From positions 1 through 41,357 of the forward strand of contig JBBTQD010000008.1 in assembly GCA_038065855.1 (NCBI GenBank): DNA of 41,357 bases. Reading direction: 5' to 3'. The notes under the pieces are model-generated. The model did no database searches. It was given only the letters and a program-made list of their open reading frames with translations, and was not told the DNA's origin. Positions 8,736-17,838 of the stretch are shown in pieces. The translations under genes were made by a program, and so were the position numbers. The stretch is from Patescibacteria group bacterium. GTDB taxonomy: Bacteria; Patescibacteriota; Minisyncoccia; 2-02-FULL-40-12. Each line of letters starts with the position of its first letter. The first letter of the stretch is position 1.

Positions 8736-10130
8736 CTAATGTTTCACAAAAAGAGTAAGCGAGGCGGTGTCTATAAAACTGCCGTCCAGATCACGGGCAA
8801 TAAAAACGACTGAATATGGGCCATCGCCGTTCTGGGTCCATGAATCAAACTGGACGACCGCCTGTTTAAAATAGGGATCCGCATTTTTCATTGATATCCC
8901 TCCTTCCCCGTTAACACTGTAGGCGGCGAAGTACGTTTCCGGATTTTTATTCTCAATATAAATCTTCAATTTTTTTTCTCCGGATATCTTTGAATTATCA
9001 ACCGGACTGAAAATGATAATTTGTTCTTTTGAATCAGGCGGCGCGCTAGGCACAGGGACCGGTGTGATTGCAGGATTTGGAGTTATATATGGAATTTTAG
9101 GCGGCTCGATTACTCCGCCAAAAAAATGCCTGATAATTTCTTCCGCCGGTTTATCTTGAGGCGTAAAATCTTTATCAAATATACCTCCTCGATTCGGGTC
9201 CGGCCACCAATCCCAGAAATGAACTCCGCCAAAATAATCTCTCTGCCTCCAAAACTCAAAAAATGCCCAGTAAAGATCAGCCTGTTCTTGAAGATCAATA
9301 CGGTTGCTGTAATTGCCTTCAGGTTTTATGGCTGCGCCATCAATGCTTTTATAACCGATTTCAGTAATAATAATGGGCTTATTGAACTTAAGAAGAGCAG
9401 GAATAACATATTTCTTCTCAATGGCGGCCCAACTTGCCTTAAGAGATTCAATTGAAGGATTAGTATTATTGGCCAAAGGCAAGTAGGCTGAAAGCCCGAC
9501 ATAATCAAGGGAGTCCCAAAAAGGAATAAAGTTTAATTCTTCATAACCGCCTCCGAAAACTGCGCTATAGGTAAGTTTGCCTGAATAGCGGCGCCGGATC
9601 TCACTAATAACATCCCTCCAATAATGTTCATTCGCCCGATTTGAACTAAGTTTAAAAAGTTCTGACCCGATGGCAAATTGTTCAACCTTATGGGCTTGGC
9701 TAATTTTTGCATAAAGAAGAAGCATCGCCTTATAATTTATAAAAAAGAGAGTTTTGTTCAAAGGATCTATGTTAGCCCGCCAGCGGCTGTAATCTTTTAA
9801 ATCTAAATGGGGCTTGAGCATTACTTTCATGCCAAGTTCATGGGCTTTATCAATAGTATAGATAAGAAGATCGTCAGAAGGCGTATTTGTTTTGCGATCC
9901 ACATTTGATGAACTTATTGAATCAGTTACCCAGCCTGGAGTAATGGTAAGATAGTTAGCCCCGGTTTGCCTAATTTCAGCAAGCTCGGCATCAATATCCG
10001 CTTTTGGCTGGGAACGAAGACGTAAAGTTATTCCTTTCTGCCATGATTCAATCCCGGCATAAGAAAAATAAGGCAGTAGAAAAACAGCCGCGAGCAAAAA
10101 AGATAAAATTTTCTTTGAAGTATAAGACAT
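8736..10130 (-). CDS. Secreted GH113-like (clan GH-A) glycoside hydrolase with Pro-rich linker and Ig-like C-terminal domain
   Basis: Start moved to MSYTSKK because the track ORF runs into the tRNA. Signal peptide; VMLKPH, IGSEL, DYVGLSAY, ITEIGY and FTPQDKPAE motifs. Confidence 0.8.
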   Translation of the reverse strand: MSYTSKKILSFLLAAVFLLPYFSYAGIESWQKGITLRLRSQPKADIDAELAEIRQTGANYLTITPGWVTDSISSSNVDRKTNTPSDDLLIYTIDKAHELGMKVMLKPHLDLKDYSRWRANIDPLNKTLFFINYKAMLLLYAKISQAHKVEQFAIGSELFKLSSNRANEHYWRDVISEIRRRYSGKLTYSAVFGGGYEELNFIPFWDSLDYVGLSAYLPLANNTNPSIESLKASWAAIEKKYVIPALLKFNKPIIITEIGYKSIDGAAIKPEGNYSNRIDLQEQADLYWAFFEFWRQRDYFGGVHFWDWWPDPNRGGIFDKDFTPQDKPAEEIIRHFFGGVIEPPKIPYITPNPAITPVPVPSAPPDSKEQIIIFSPVDNSKISGEKKLKIYIENKNPETYFAAYSVNGEGGISMKNADPYFKQAVVQFDSWTQNGDGPYSVVFIARDLDGSFIDTASLTLFVKH

Positions 10131-10140
10131 TACAATGAAA

Positions 10141-10213
10141 TGGGCGCGTCTGGACTCGAACCAGAGACCTCGCGAATGTGAATCGCGCGTTCTAACCACT
10201 GAACTACGCGCCC
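10141..10213 (-). tRNA. tRNA-Val(CAC)
   Basis: GGGCGCG acceptor stem, anticodon arm CGCGA-TTCACAT-TCGCG, T-loop GTTCGAGTC; CCA not encoded. Confidence 0.95.
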
Positions 10214-10256
10214 AGAAATTTAATTAAATTATGGAAACTGCGAGGGTATAACCGAG

Positions 10257-10727
10257 TTATAATCCGATTCTATCAATTAAAATCTCATGTGGGCCTTCAA
10301 GCATCAGCCGGACAAACCGGTCAAACATGGCCCGACGGTAACTAAACTCTTCCCTATCCATTATAGCATAAATAATTTGAGTCCCTATTTCCGCTTCAAG
10401 AGATTTTAGAAAAGTCTTGAATTTTCTACGGTCTACGTCATCGCCGACAATCAAAAGATCAGCCACGTTTTCTTTGTTCAAAAAGACTCCGGAAACCAAA
10501 GCCAGTTTCACCCGACCCAAGCCCGCAATCCTTTTTTCCATCCGGCCCAAAGAAGCTGGCGGCGGAGTCAGCATCAAATTTTTCAGTTCGCCGGAAAATT
10601 CGAATTTTGGATCAAATCCGTAATAAACTTTTCCTCCGCCCGAACTTATAAATTTTTTCTTAATCCTTCTTTTGATTCTTTTTTTAATTTTTGATTTCCT
10701 TTTTGACTTCCTTATTTTTTTAACCAT
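10257..10727 (-). CDS. Lys-rich N-terminus plus nucleotidyltransferase-like domain (probable C-terminal half of a wHTH-NTase protein)
   Basis: LSGxF-like VSGVF...ADLLIVGD motif of a degenerate minimal nucleotidyltransferase fold; begins 2 nt after the upstream wHTH ORF. Confidence 0.6.
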   Translation of the reverse strand: MVKKIRKSKRKSKIKKRIKRRIKKKFISSGGGKVYYGFDPKFEFSGELKNLMLTPPPASLGRMEKRIAGLGRVKLALVSGVFLNKENVADLLIVGDDVDRRKFKTFLKSLEAEIGTQIIYAIMDREEFSYRRAMFDRFVRLMLEGPHEILIDRIGL

Positions 10728-10729
10728 AA

Positions 10730-10933
10730 TTATTTTAACGGCTTATTCCTTTTTTGGATAAAACCGATTTTCAACAAACGAACCAGCTCTTTTTTAACAA
10801 TCGTCTTCCTCTCCTGAACCCTTTGGGCTATGCTTGGCAAATCAAAATATCCCGCTTCGTTCCTGAAAAAAAATTTAAGTATCTTCACTCTGGCCTTGGA
10901 ACCGAATAATTCTTCGAAAATTTGATTTGTCAT
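10730..10933 (-). CDS. Small winged-helix DNA-binding protein
   Basis: MTNQIFEELFGSKARVKILKFF...VKKELVRLLKIGFI, ArsR-like wHTH pattern; start reassigned to ATG 10933. Confidence 0.7.
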   Translation of the reverse strand: MTNQIFEELFGSKARVKILKFFFRNEAGYFDLPSIAQRVQERKTIVKKELVRLLKIGFIQKRNKPLK

Positions 10934-10995
10934 ATTAACACTTGCTGAATTCCTATTACCCGGCATACTATAATAACATAGCCGCAAAATCAACT

Positions 10996-12903
10996 ATGGA
11001 AATTAAAGAACTAACTCCCAAGTCAAAAGAAATAATAACCCGGCCAAAAACCGAAGGCATTTTCTGCGACGCTTTTTCCTACGAAATCAGTGGCTTTCCG
11101 AAAAACGGGGAAGGGAAAAAATATTTTTACATGGTGAGCCAGGTCCAAGCCGGCGATTCATCTCTGGATTACATCCCCAATCTAATCGCCACTTTTATAA
11201 AAAGAGAACTTGAAGAAAATCCTAGCCAGGAGCAGCTTTTCGAAAAATCGCTCAAAAAAACGAATGAACTGATTGAAGGCCTTCTTAAAAAAAACAGTGG
11301 CCTCAAGCTTGATTTCGGAGTCGCTTTTATAGACAAAGAGAAGATGGCCATTTCAAAAATAGGAAAAGCTAAAATGTTAGCTTATCGAACCAAGACCAAC
11401 GATGTTTTCGATGTTTTTGAAAACGCAACCCAAGGGATTAAATCGCAGGCTAGCAACAAAAGATTTTCAAATATAGTTTCCGGAGAAATCAAAAAAGACG
11501 ACAGATTCTTTTTTTTCATTCCCAATTCAGGACTTAATTTCAAACAAAAGCTGATCAACGCCACTCTAGCCAAAAACGTTGAAGGGACTTTTTTAGAAAA
11601 TATCCATAAAATAGCTGTTCCGCCCCTTAACTTATCCGGCATATATTTTGAAATAAAAGAAGAATTGAAAAAAGTAGCCAAAGAAGCTGGCATAAAAGAG
11701 GTCAAGTCGGAATTTGTCGAAAAAGAACAAAAAGAGGTTCCGATTGTGGCCACCGAGGTTGCAAAAATTTCAAGAAGCGATACTCTTAAAAGAACCACTG
11801 ATAAATTCAGAGAAATGATTATGGGCAGCAGCTCCAACAACTTAGACGACAGAAAGTGGAAACTAATCAAGCCAAAAGGCATAAGTGACTATTTAATTGC
11901 CATTTTTATCGGCGTCGCTTTAGTCACCGGTTTAGTTTTCCTGACTAAAGGCAACTCAAAATTAAAAGAGGATTTAGCTTCAGTAAACGAAAAGTTAAAA
12001 GTGAGCGAATCAAGACTCCTTTTGAAGCAGAATTACGAAGCCAGAAAGTTTTTGGGTGAAGCGATTGCGGAGCTTAACGCTCTTGAAGAAAGCGAAAAAA
12101 AAGAAAAAACCAGGCTGGCTGCCATAAGTCTGATGAACAGAATAGAAAAAGTAGATGAATCAATAAAACCAGCAATGACGACAGATCTCGCCCAATATTT
12201 GAATGTCAATTCAAGTGATTTAAAAAGTATTCTGGCCGGCGGTGGGAGAATTTTCGTCAGCGACTTGGCTAAAATCTACGAAGTTAAAAAAAACGAACTG
12301 AAGCTCTTAGAAGAACCGGGGAGCATAATTTTAAGCTGGGCGAAGGAAAATAAAATAATAACTTACGGCGGAAGCGTAAAAATTTTTGACCTTAAAGAAA
12401 ATGAAATCAGAGAACTTAAAAAGAAATTCAACTTTGAACCGGTTGAATTTAAAAACTACGAGGACAACCTTTATTTCCTCGGTTCCAAAAATATCTACAA
12501 AATAACCAACGCCCTCTTAAAGCCGAAAGAAGAATTTGAATGGTTAAGACCAAATGAAATTGTCAAAATATCTGGTAATTTTGTATCTTTTGACTTAGAT
12601 ACAAGTGTCTACGCTCTTACCGACGACAAAAAATTAGCGGTGATGTTCAAAGGAGAAGTAGTAAAAATCATAGACCTGGATTTTGACGTCCGGCCCGGGG
12701 CAAAACTGATAAACCTGGGTGGGAAAGAATTTCTGACGGTGGATAAAAAACTAAAGCTGGTCCGAATAATCAACGACGCCGGCGAACTGAAAATGAGCTA
12801 TGATTTGTCGCCAGCTGAAACAATCAAAGACGCTTTCTTCGACAAAGAATCCCGAACTCTTTATCTCCTCTCTCAGACCAAGATTTGGAGTTTAAAAATC
12901 TAA
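10996..12903 (+). CDS. Hypothetical bitopic membrane protein (possible degenerate PP2C-like N-domain, TM, beta-rich C-domain)
   Basis: Long ORF from ATG 10996 with one central TM (YLIAIFIGVALVTGLVFL) and a beta-strand-rich C-terminus. The domain guesses are inference. Confidence 0.6.
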   Translation: MEIKELTPKSKEIITRPKTEGIFCDAFSYEISGFPKNGEGKKYFYMVSQVQAGDSSLDYIPNLIATFIKRELEENPSQEQLFEKSLKKTNELIEGLLKKNSGLKLDFGVAFIDKEKMAISKIGKAKMLAYRTKTNDVFDVFENATQGIKSQASNKRFSNIVSGEIKKDDRFFFFIPNSGLNFKQKLINATLAKNVEGTFLENIHKIAVPPLNLSGIYFEIKEELKKVAKEAGIKEVKSEFVEKEQKEVPIVATEVAKISRSDTLKRTTDKFREMIMGSSSNNLDDRKWKLIKPKGISDYLIAIFIGVALVTGLVFLTKGNSKLKEDLASVNEKLKVSESRLLLKQNYEARKFLGEAIAELNALEESEKKEKTRLAAISLMNRIEKVDESIKPAMTTDLAQYLNVNSSDLKSILAGGGRIFVSDLAKIYEVKKNELKLLEEPGSIILSWAKENKIITYGGSVKIFDLKENEIRELKKKFNFEPVEFKNYEDNLYFLGSKNIYKITNALLKPKEEFEWLRPNEIVKISGNFVSFDLDTSVYALTDDKKLAVMFKGEVVKIIDLDFDVRPGAKLINLGGKEFLTVDKKLKLVRIINDAGELKMSYDLSPAETIKDAFFDKESRTLYLLSQTKIWSLKI

Positions 12904-12909
12904 TAAATA

Positions 12910-13290
12910 CTATTTCAACTCCGCTTTGCCGCCTGCCCCTTCCACTTTCTTCTTTAATTCTTCAGCTTCCTCTTTTTTCACTCCTTCTTTTAGTATCGCC
13001 GGCAGATTATCAACCATATCTTTGGCTTCTTTAAGCCCTTTGCCGGTTGCGTCTTTAACCACTTTAATTACCTGAATTTTGTTTGCTCCGGCCTCAGTCA
13101 AAACCACGTCAAAGATTGATTTTTCTTCTTCAGCTTCCCCCTGAACCGCGCCTTGCGGCGCTACCATCGCTAAAGCTTGAGCCGCCGATACGCCAAACTT
13201 TTCTTCAAGCGCTTTGACGAAACGAGAAAGTTCCAAAACTGACATCGATTCAATCTTTTTTAAAATTTCATCAAAATTTTCTTCTGTCAT
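12910..13290 (-). CDS. rplL: 50S ribosomal protein L7/L12
   Basis: [18 protein letters not shown] and GLKEAKD motifs. Confidence 0.98.
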   Translation of the reverse strand: MTEENFDEILKKIESMSVLELSRFVKALEEKFGVSAAQALAMVAPQGAVQGEAEEEKSIFDVVLTEAGANKIQVIKVVKDATGKGLKEAKDMVDNLPAILKEGVKKEEAEELKKKVEGAGGKAELK

Positions 13291-13294
13291 ATTT

Positions 13295-13801
13295 TTACTT
13301 TTTAATTTGGGTTAATATATTGGCCAAACCGAAAAGCGGAAAACGAACCGCGCTGTAAAGCCTATAAAGCAATATCTCGCGGGACGGCAGATTGGCCAAC
13401 TCGACCAATAAATCTCTAGAAATAATTTTCTTATCTTCTTGATTCAATCCCGAATAAAAAATCAAAGCCTCATTTTCTTTTGATAATTTATACAAAATCT
13501 TTATCGGTTCGACTAAATCGCCATAGCCGATTAAAACCGCTGCCGAACCTTCTAGTTCCTTTGCTTTCATTCCACCGTTTAATGAAAATTTTTCCAAAGC
13601 CAAATCTAAAAGCGTTTTTTTAAAAACCACATACTCGGCGCCTACTTCTTTCAAGCTTTTCTTCAATTTCTCCATTGCCAGAAAATTGAGGCCTTTTTTG
13701 CCTCTTTGGCTAAAAGAAGTAAAAATCAAAAACTTAGCCCGTTTGATTTTCTCGGCTATTTTATCAACAATTTCTTTTTTCTGTTCCCTGCTCTTTGCCA
13801 T
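13295..13801 (-). CDS. rplJ: 50S ribosomal protein L10
   Basis: KKTLLDLAL and LANLPSRE motifs; directly upstream of rplL. Confidence 0.95.
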   Translation of the reverse strand: MAKSREQKKEIVDKIAEKIKRAKFLIFTSFSQRGKKGLNFLAMEKLKKSLKEVGAEYVVFKKTLLDLALEKFSLNGGMKAKELEGSAAVLIGYGDLVEPIKILYKLSKENEALIFYSGLNQEDKKIISRDLLVELANLPSREILLYRLYSAVRFPLFGLANILTQIKK

Positions 13802-13811
13802 TTTAGAAATT

Positions 13812-13880
13812 AAAAACAGCTTAAAAGCCGCTTTTTGCCTCGGCGAGACTTACATTACTCCGGCTCGCTTTCTACGGCTT
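13812..13880 (-). promoter_or_regulatory. Ribosomal protein L10 leader (autoregulatory RNA)
   Basis: Minus strand GCCGTAGAAAGCGAG...CTCGCCGAGGC resembles the CCGUAGA...GCCGAGG core of the L10 leader, followed by an AAAAAGCGGC/GCTGTTTTT hairpin just before rplJ. Confidence 0.8.
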
Positions 13881-13881
13881 T

Positions 13882-13947
13882 ACCCCTCACTTGGATTGGA
13901 TGCATGCTTTACAGCACAAAATGCTAAATCAAATCCAAGTGAGGAGT
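13882..13947. repeat. Miniature palindromic element with ACCCC.../...GGAGT ends
   Basis: Perfect 13 bp inverted repeat CCTCACTTGGATT / AATCCAAGTGAGG, flanked by TT on both sides. Confidence 0.7.
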
Positions 13948-14961
13948 TTATCTATAGATTACTCTATTCAAATTATGCTCGTCAAGAGTCTCTGAAAAAA
14001 TAGTCCGGCCGTCTAGAGCCGACAAGTAATACCAATACCCACTTTCTATCGGATTTAAAGCCGCATCAATGGCTCTTAATCCTGGGTTTGAAATGGGGCC
14101 GGGCGGCAAACCTTTATTTAAATAAGTATTATAAAGAGAATCAATTTTTTTATCGGCGTTTGAAAGCTGGCGGCAGCCCGACGAATCACTTTCGCTTTCA
14201 GCCATAAAAACGCATTTTATATAAACCAAAGCGGCGTCAACCTGAAGAGACACCTCTGATTCAAAGCGCTTCCACAAGATTCCAGAAACAAGCCTCATGT
14301 CTTCATCGGTTTTGACTTCTCGTTCCAGCATCGAAGCCATAATTAAAATATTCCTTAATTCTTCCGGATGCCTGCCAGCGTATTTTAAAATAACCTTTTT
14401 TCTAAAATTCAAAAGCATTTTCTCCACGGCTGAATCAACCGACCCTCTTTCAAATTTATAGGTGTCAGGGAAAAGATATCCTTCTAAATCCACTCCCTTC
14501 TTTTTGGGCAAAAATTCATAAGCGCCGCCGGAGTTGTTAAAATTCTTGGCTAATTTCAAAAAATCGCCAGAATCTTTAATGACACCGAGCTCACTAAGAG
14601 CCTCGGCGATTTCTTTGACTGTCCAGCCCTCAAAAACTTTGACTTCCAAATCAGCGCCCAGATTGAATTTTTCAAAAATTTCATTGACCGAATATTTGGG
14701 ACCAAGAATATAAAGACCCGGTTTTACGCTCGTCTCCAATCCGTTGAAAAACAAATAAGATCGGGTAATAAATTTATTCCTCACCAAACCGGCCTCGGCA
14801 AGTTTCTTTACAACCGAATTAAGGCTCTCCCCTTTCTCTATCTGAAATTCAATTTTTCCGGCTAAGACTCTCTCAATGTAAATTTCATCGATCAGATAAA
14901 AAAGCAGGCCCAGAAAAATTAAAAATGCAGTGATTATAAAATAGCCGGATACTTTTTTCAT
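13948..14961 (-). CDS. mltG: Endolytic transglycosylase MltG (YceG)
   Basis: N-terminal TM; LEGYLFPDTY, ASMLEREV and YNTY...GLPPGPISNPG motifs. Confidence 0.96.
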   Translation of the reverse strand: MKKVSGYFIITAFLIFLGLLFYLIDEIYIERVLAGKIEFQIEKGESLNSVVKKLAEAGLVRNKFITRSYLFFNGLETSVKPGLYILGPKYSVNEIFEKFNLGADLEVKVFEGWTVKEIAEALSELGVIKDSGDFLKLAKNFNNSGGAYEFLPKKKGVDLEGYLFPDTYKFERGSVDSAVEKMLLNFRKKVILKYAGRHPEELRNILIMASMLEREVKTDEDMRLVSGILWKRFESEVSLQVDAALVYIKCVFMAESESDSSGCRQLSNADKKIDSLYNTYLNKGLPPGPISNPGLRAIDAALNPIESGYWYYLSALDGRTIFSETLDEHNLNRVIYR

Positions 14962-14972
14962 CTAAATGTATT

Positions 14973-15226
14973 GAAAGCAACTCGGTATATCGTTTTCTTC
15001 TCTCAAGACTCGCAGACAAATAATCCTTCAGCGGATACCGTTCCGTAAATAAGAATTTATCTCCACTAAAATTTGGCGACAAATAAGGAACCCTCCACCC
15101 TATTTGTGATTCGCCAAATTTTCACCCGCTTCGGTTATTTGCTGCGCCCCGTAGTGAGAGCTTCGCTCTCTACTACGGGGTATCTGCTCCCTTGTAGTTC
15201 AGAAAACGATATACCTCGTAGCTTTC
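14973..15226 (+). other. Long structured hairpin element, copy A (unknown family)
   Basis: GGTATATCGTTTTCT (14984) pairs perfectly with AGAAAACGATATACC (15201-15215); apical stem AAAATTTGGCGA/TCGCCAAATTTT with a TGAT bulge. Confidence 0.7.
15146..15181. repeat. Miniature palindrome GCCCCGTAGT...ACTACGGGGT nested in hairpin copy A
   Basis: CCCCGTAGT-GAGAG-CTTCG-CTCTC-T-ACTACGGGG. Confidence 0.75.
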
Positions 15227-15239
15227 CTTTATTTTAATC

Positions 15240-15474
15240 TACACAAAAAGAAAATCGTGAGGGTATATCAATTTCTGAATCGGGTAGTCGTCTTAGGAAA
15301 TGGCCGCTACCTTTATGAAGAATGGCCGAATCACACAATCTATGGCGGAGGTACCCTGATTGTGTCGGCCATTCGAATAAAGTGGCGCGCCATTTCCAAG
15401 AAGGGCTCCCAAACGAAGAAATTGATATACCCGATTCAGATTTTCTTTTTGTGTACACTTAAGGGTAGCTTTCC
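15240..15474 (-). other. Long structured hairpin element, copy B (inverted homolog of copy A)
   Basis: 17 bp stem TACACAAAAAGAAAATC and 16 bp stem GGGTATATCAATTTCT pair perfectly with 15417-15455; apical stem GAATGGCCGA/TCGGCCATTC with a TGAT bulge on the minus strand. Confidence 0.7.
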
Positions 15475-15495
15475 ATTTTTATATTTCATTTTTAA

Positions 15496-17838
15496 TTATT
15501 GGTTCCGGCTCTTTTCTTCAAGAGGCTTAACGCCGGTTATTTTTTGAGGCGGAATCAAACGTTTTCCTGCTTTTAACTGGTTAATTTTAGCTATAAGGAT
15601 GGCATTATCCGGATTCAATTTTTCTACTTTATAAAGCTGGCTTAAGGCAGAATCAAGCTCGCCTCTTTCTTCATAAAGCAGAGCCAGATACCAGCGGGCG
15701 TTTGAAAAATCCGGGAAAATCGCAATTGCCCTCTCTAATTCGTTAAAGGATTTAGTTTTCTGACTGTCGCGGTAATAAAGAAGGCCAAGCTGAAAAATCA
15801 GATTCGCATCAGAGGGGTTAGCCTGCTTTATCAATTCAAGCTGCCCGATTGCGTCCTTGACTCTTCCCTGTCTTTCATAGACCACACCAAGATTATAAAT
15901 CGCCAAAACATAATTCGGTTTAAGCTGGACCGCTCTCTGGTAATTCTCTTCGGCCAGTTTCAAGCCAGCGGAAACTTGATTCTGGAGATCAGCCCGGTCC
16001 AATTGTCTTAAAAAATCGGCGGCGGCAAAATTGATATTTCCTATTTTCAAATACGGCTCCGGATCTTTTGGCGAAAGTTTCAAGTATTCTTCATACATCC
16101 TCTTCGCCCACTTGTCCGAGTCATCCATCACATTAATCAGATTTTCGAAAACCACAGCCCGGGTTAGCCAGTTTTGCGAGTCGCGGCCGTGCCTCCGGGT
16201 CAAATCTTCCATCAAATTGACCGCCGCGGCCGAAAAATTATTAATCCGACTGACGGCAATTTCCCGGTCAGCTTCGTTTTTAACATTGCGTAAATCAGCT
16301 ATTTCCTGATTAACTCTGACCACTATAAAATTTGCTGTTTCCCTTAAATGCATGTCTTCGTTCCGATTCAGGTTGACGGCGCTAGTCAGAAGCCTGGTCT
16401 GTTTTTCAACATCGCTTTCGCTTAATGCTTTGACAAATTGGATATTGGCCGCATAGCGAATGCCCATAAAATAAAAACTTGTCAAAACTAAAAACAGAAC
16501 GCCGACAAAAGAAACGGAGGCAAAAACAGAAAGACGAGGAGATTTTTCCAAATTAACTTCCAGTTCATCGCTGCTTTTAGACGCCGCCAGAACCATAACG
16601 CCCAACAAAAGCCAAAATGAAAAACCGATGATCAAATTAAATGGATATAAAACCCAGGCAGCAACCAAAACGGCAAATATCGGCAGGAGTTTATGATTCT
16701 TTACCCCCTCTTTAAATCCCGCGGAAAGAAGAAGCAAAAAAGCGGCGAAACCGACCAGGCCGAGTGAGATCGCCGAATTAAACGCCTCGGAGGCGGATTC
16801 TGAAAATTTAACATTCCAAAAAGTGGTGTTATTGATCGACTGAGGCTTGTGAAAATCATAGGCTAATTGGAAATTTTCAGGACCGACCCCGAAAAGTGGA
16901 TCATCGGCTAAAACTTTCTTAGCTATGTCAAAAGAAGCCCGGAAAGAAGGCGAAACCTCAACTGGAGGCTTAATTCCCAAAACGCCAGCTAGATTAAAAT
17001 TAAAAAACATAAAAACTGCCGCCAGCATGATTATGGAGGCCGGCCAGAAATAATTAGACATCCGCCAATCCGAGACTGAATTTGATACCAGGATAAAAAT
17101 CAGTCCGGAAATGGCTATAAACCAGATAACCCACCAGTTCAAAAATAAAAGCGTAAAAAACGCCAAAGATAAAGCTGGCAACATAAAATAGCCAAAAAAC
17201 CCTTTCTGAAATACTACTTTTGACAAACAAAGAATCAAAAGCGCCGCCGCCATTATCCCGAACGAATTAAATGTTCCAACGGTATTGAAAAATTTCGCCG
17301 AAATGCCGAAAGTCTTGAAAACCGGAATTCCGAAAATCTGCAAAATCCCTAAAATCAGAACTACAAAAAGAGACAAGCCGAATATGTTTAATAATTTCTG
17401 GGCATCTTCTTTGCTTGAATTTCCTGAAAAACCGAAGATATTCACAACCAGGAAGAAAAAAATGGCTAAGCCGGCGGTAGTAATGAAACTTTGGTAAAAT
17501 CCGGCGCCGAACCCGCCAAACACGCTCTGATATTTGAAATCCGAGAACAAAGAAACCAAAAGAACGGCCGCCAGAAACACCAAAACGGCGTAATTTAAAA
17601 AGCTTTTTCTGATAACCAAACGGCCGGTCCTTATTGTTTGAATAAGATACAGAATCAAACCGATGCCCGAAAGAACGAAAACCAGAAGCTGTTTGTTGAA
17701 TTCAAGAACCCCGCTGGTCCAAGGCAGGAAAAAAAGAGGAGTTGAAAACACTAAAACATAAACCAGCCACCGAGCGTATCTAAAAAGATTTGTATTGCCC
17801 AAAAAAAAACTTTTTGCTGATAGAAAATTAATATTCAC
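15496..17838 (-). CDS. O-antigen ligase (Wzy_C)-like polytopic membrane protein with C-terminal TPR repeats
   Basis: About 12 TMs; NTVGTFN, PLFGVGPENF and GLVG motifs; TPRs (AIYNLGVVY, NARWYLALLY). GTG start. Confidence 0.8.
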   Translation of the reverse strand: MNINFLSAKSFFLGNTNLFRYARWLVYVLVFSTPLFFLPWTSGVLEFNKQLLVFVLSGIGLILYLIQTIRTGRLVIRKSFLNYAVLVFLAAVLLVSLFSDFKYQSVFGGFGAGFYQSFITTAGLAIFFFLVVNIFGFSGNSSKEDAQKLLNIFGLSLFVVLILGILQIFGIPVFKTFGISAKFFNTVGTFNSFGIMAAALLILCLSKVVFQKGFFGYFMLPALSLAFFTLLFLNWWVIWFIAISGLIFILVSNSVSDWRMSNYFWPASIIMLAAVFMFFNFNLAGVLGIKPPVEVSPSFRASFDIAKKVLADDPLFGVGPENFQLAYDFHKPQSINNTTFWNVKFSESASEAFNSAISLGLVGFAAFLLLLSAGFKEGVKNHKLLPIFAVLVAAWVLYPFNLIIGFSFWLLLGVMVLAASKSSDELEVNLEKSPRLSVFASVSFVGVLFLVLTSFYFMGIRYAANIQFVKALSESDVEKQTRLLTSAVNLNRNEDMHLRETANFIVVRVNQEIADLRNVKNEADREIAVSRINNFSAAAVNLMEDLTRRHGRDSQNWLTRAVVFENLINVMDDSDKWAKRMYEEYLKLSPKDPEPYLKIGNINFAAADFLRQLDRADLQNQVSAGLKLAEENYQRAVQLKPNYVLAIYNLGVVYERQGRVKDAIGQLELIKQANPSDANLIFQLGLLYYRDSQKTKSFNELERAIAIFPDFSNARWYLALLYEERGELDSALSQLYKVEKLNPDNAILIAKINQLKAGKRLIPPQKITGVKPLEEKSRNQ

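Noticed and set aside
10131-10199. N-terminal extension of the GH113-like ORF in the track
   Set aside because: It runs through tRNA-Val; the signal peptide begins at ATG 10130.
14885-15547. Short ORFs 14885-15082, 15234-15458 and 15257-15547, including the idea of a ruvX remnant upstream of mltG
   Set aside because: No recognisable protein motifs; the interval is better explained by nested inverted repeats.
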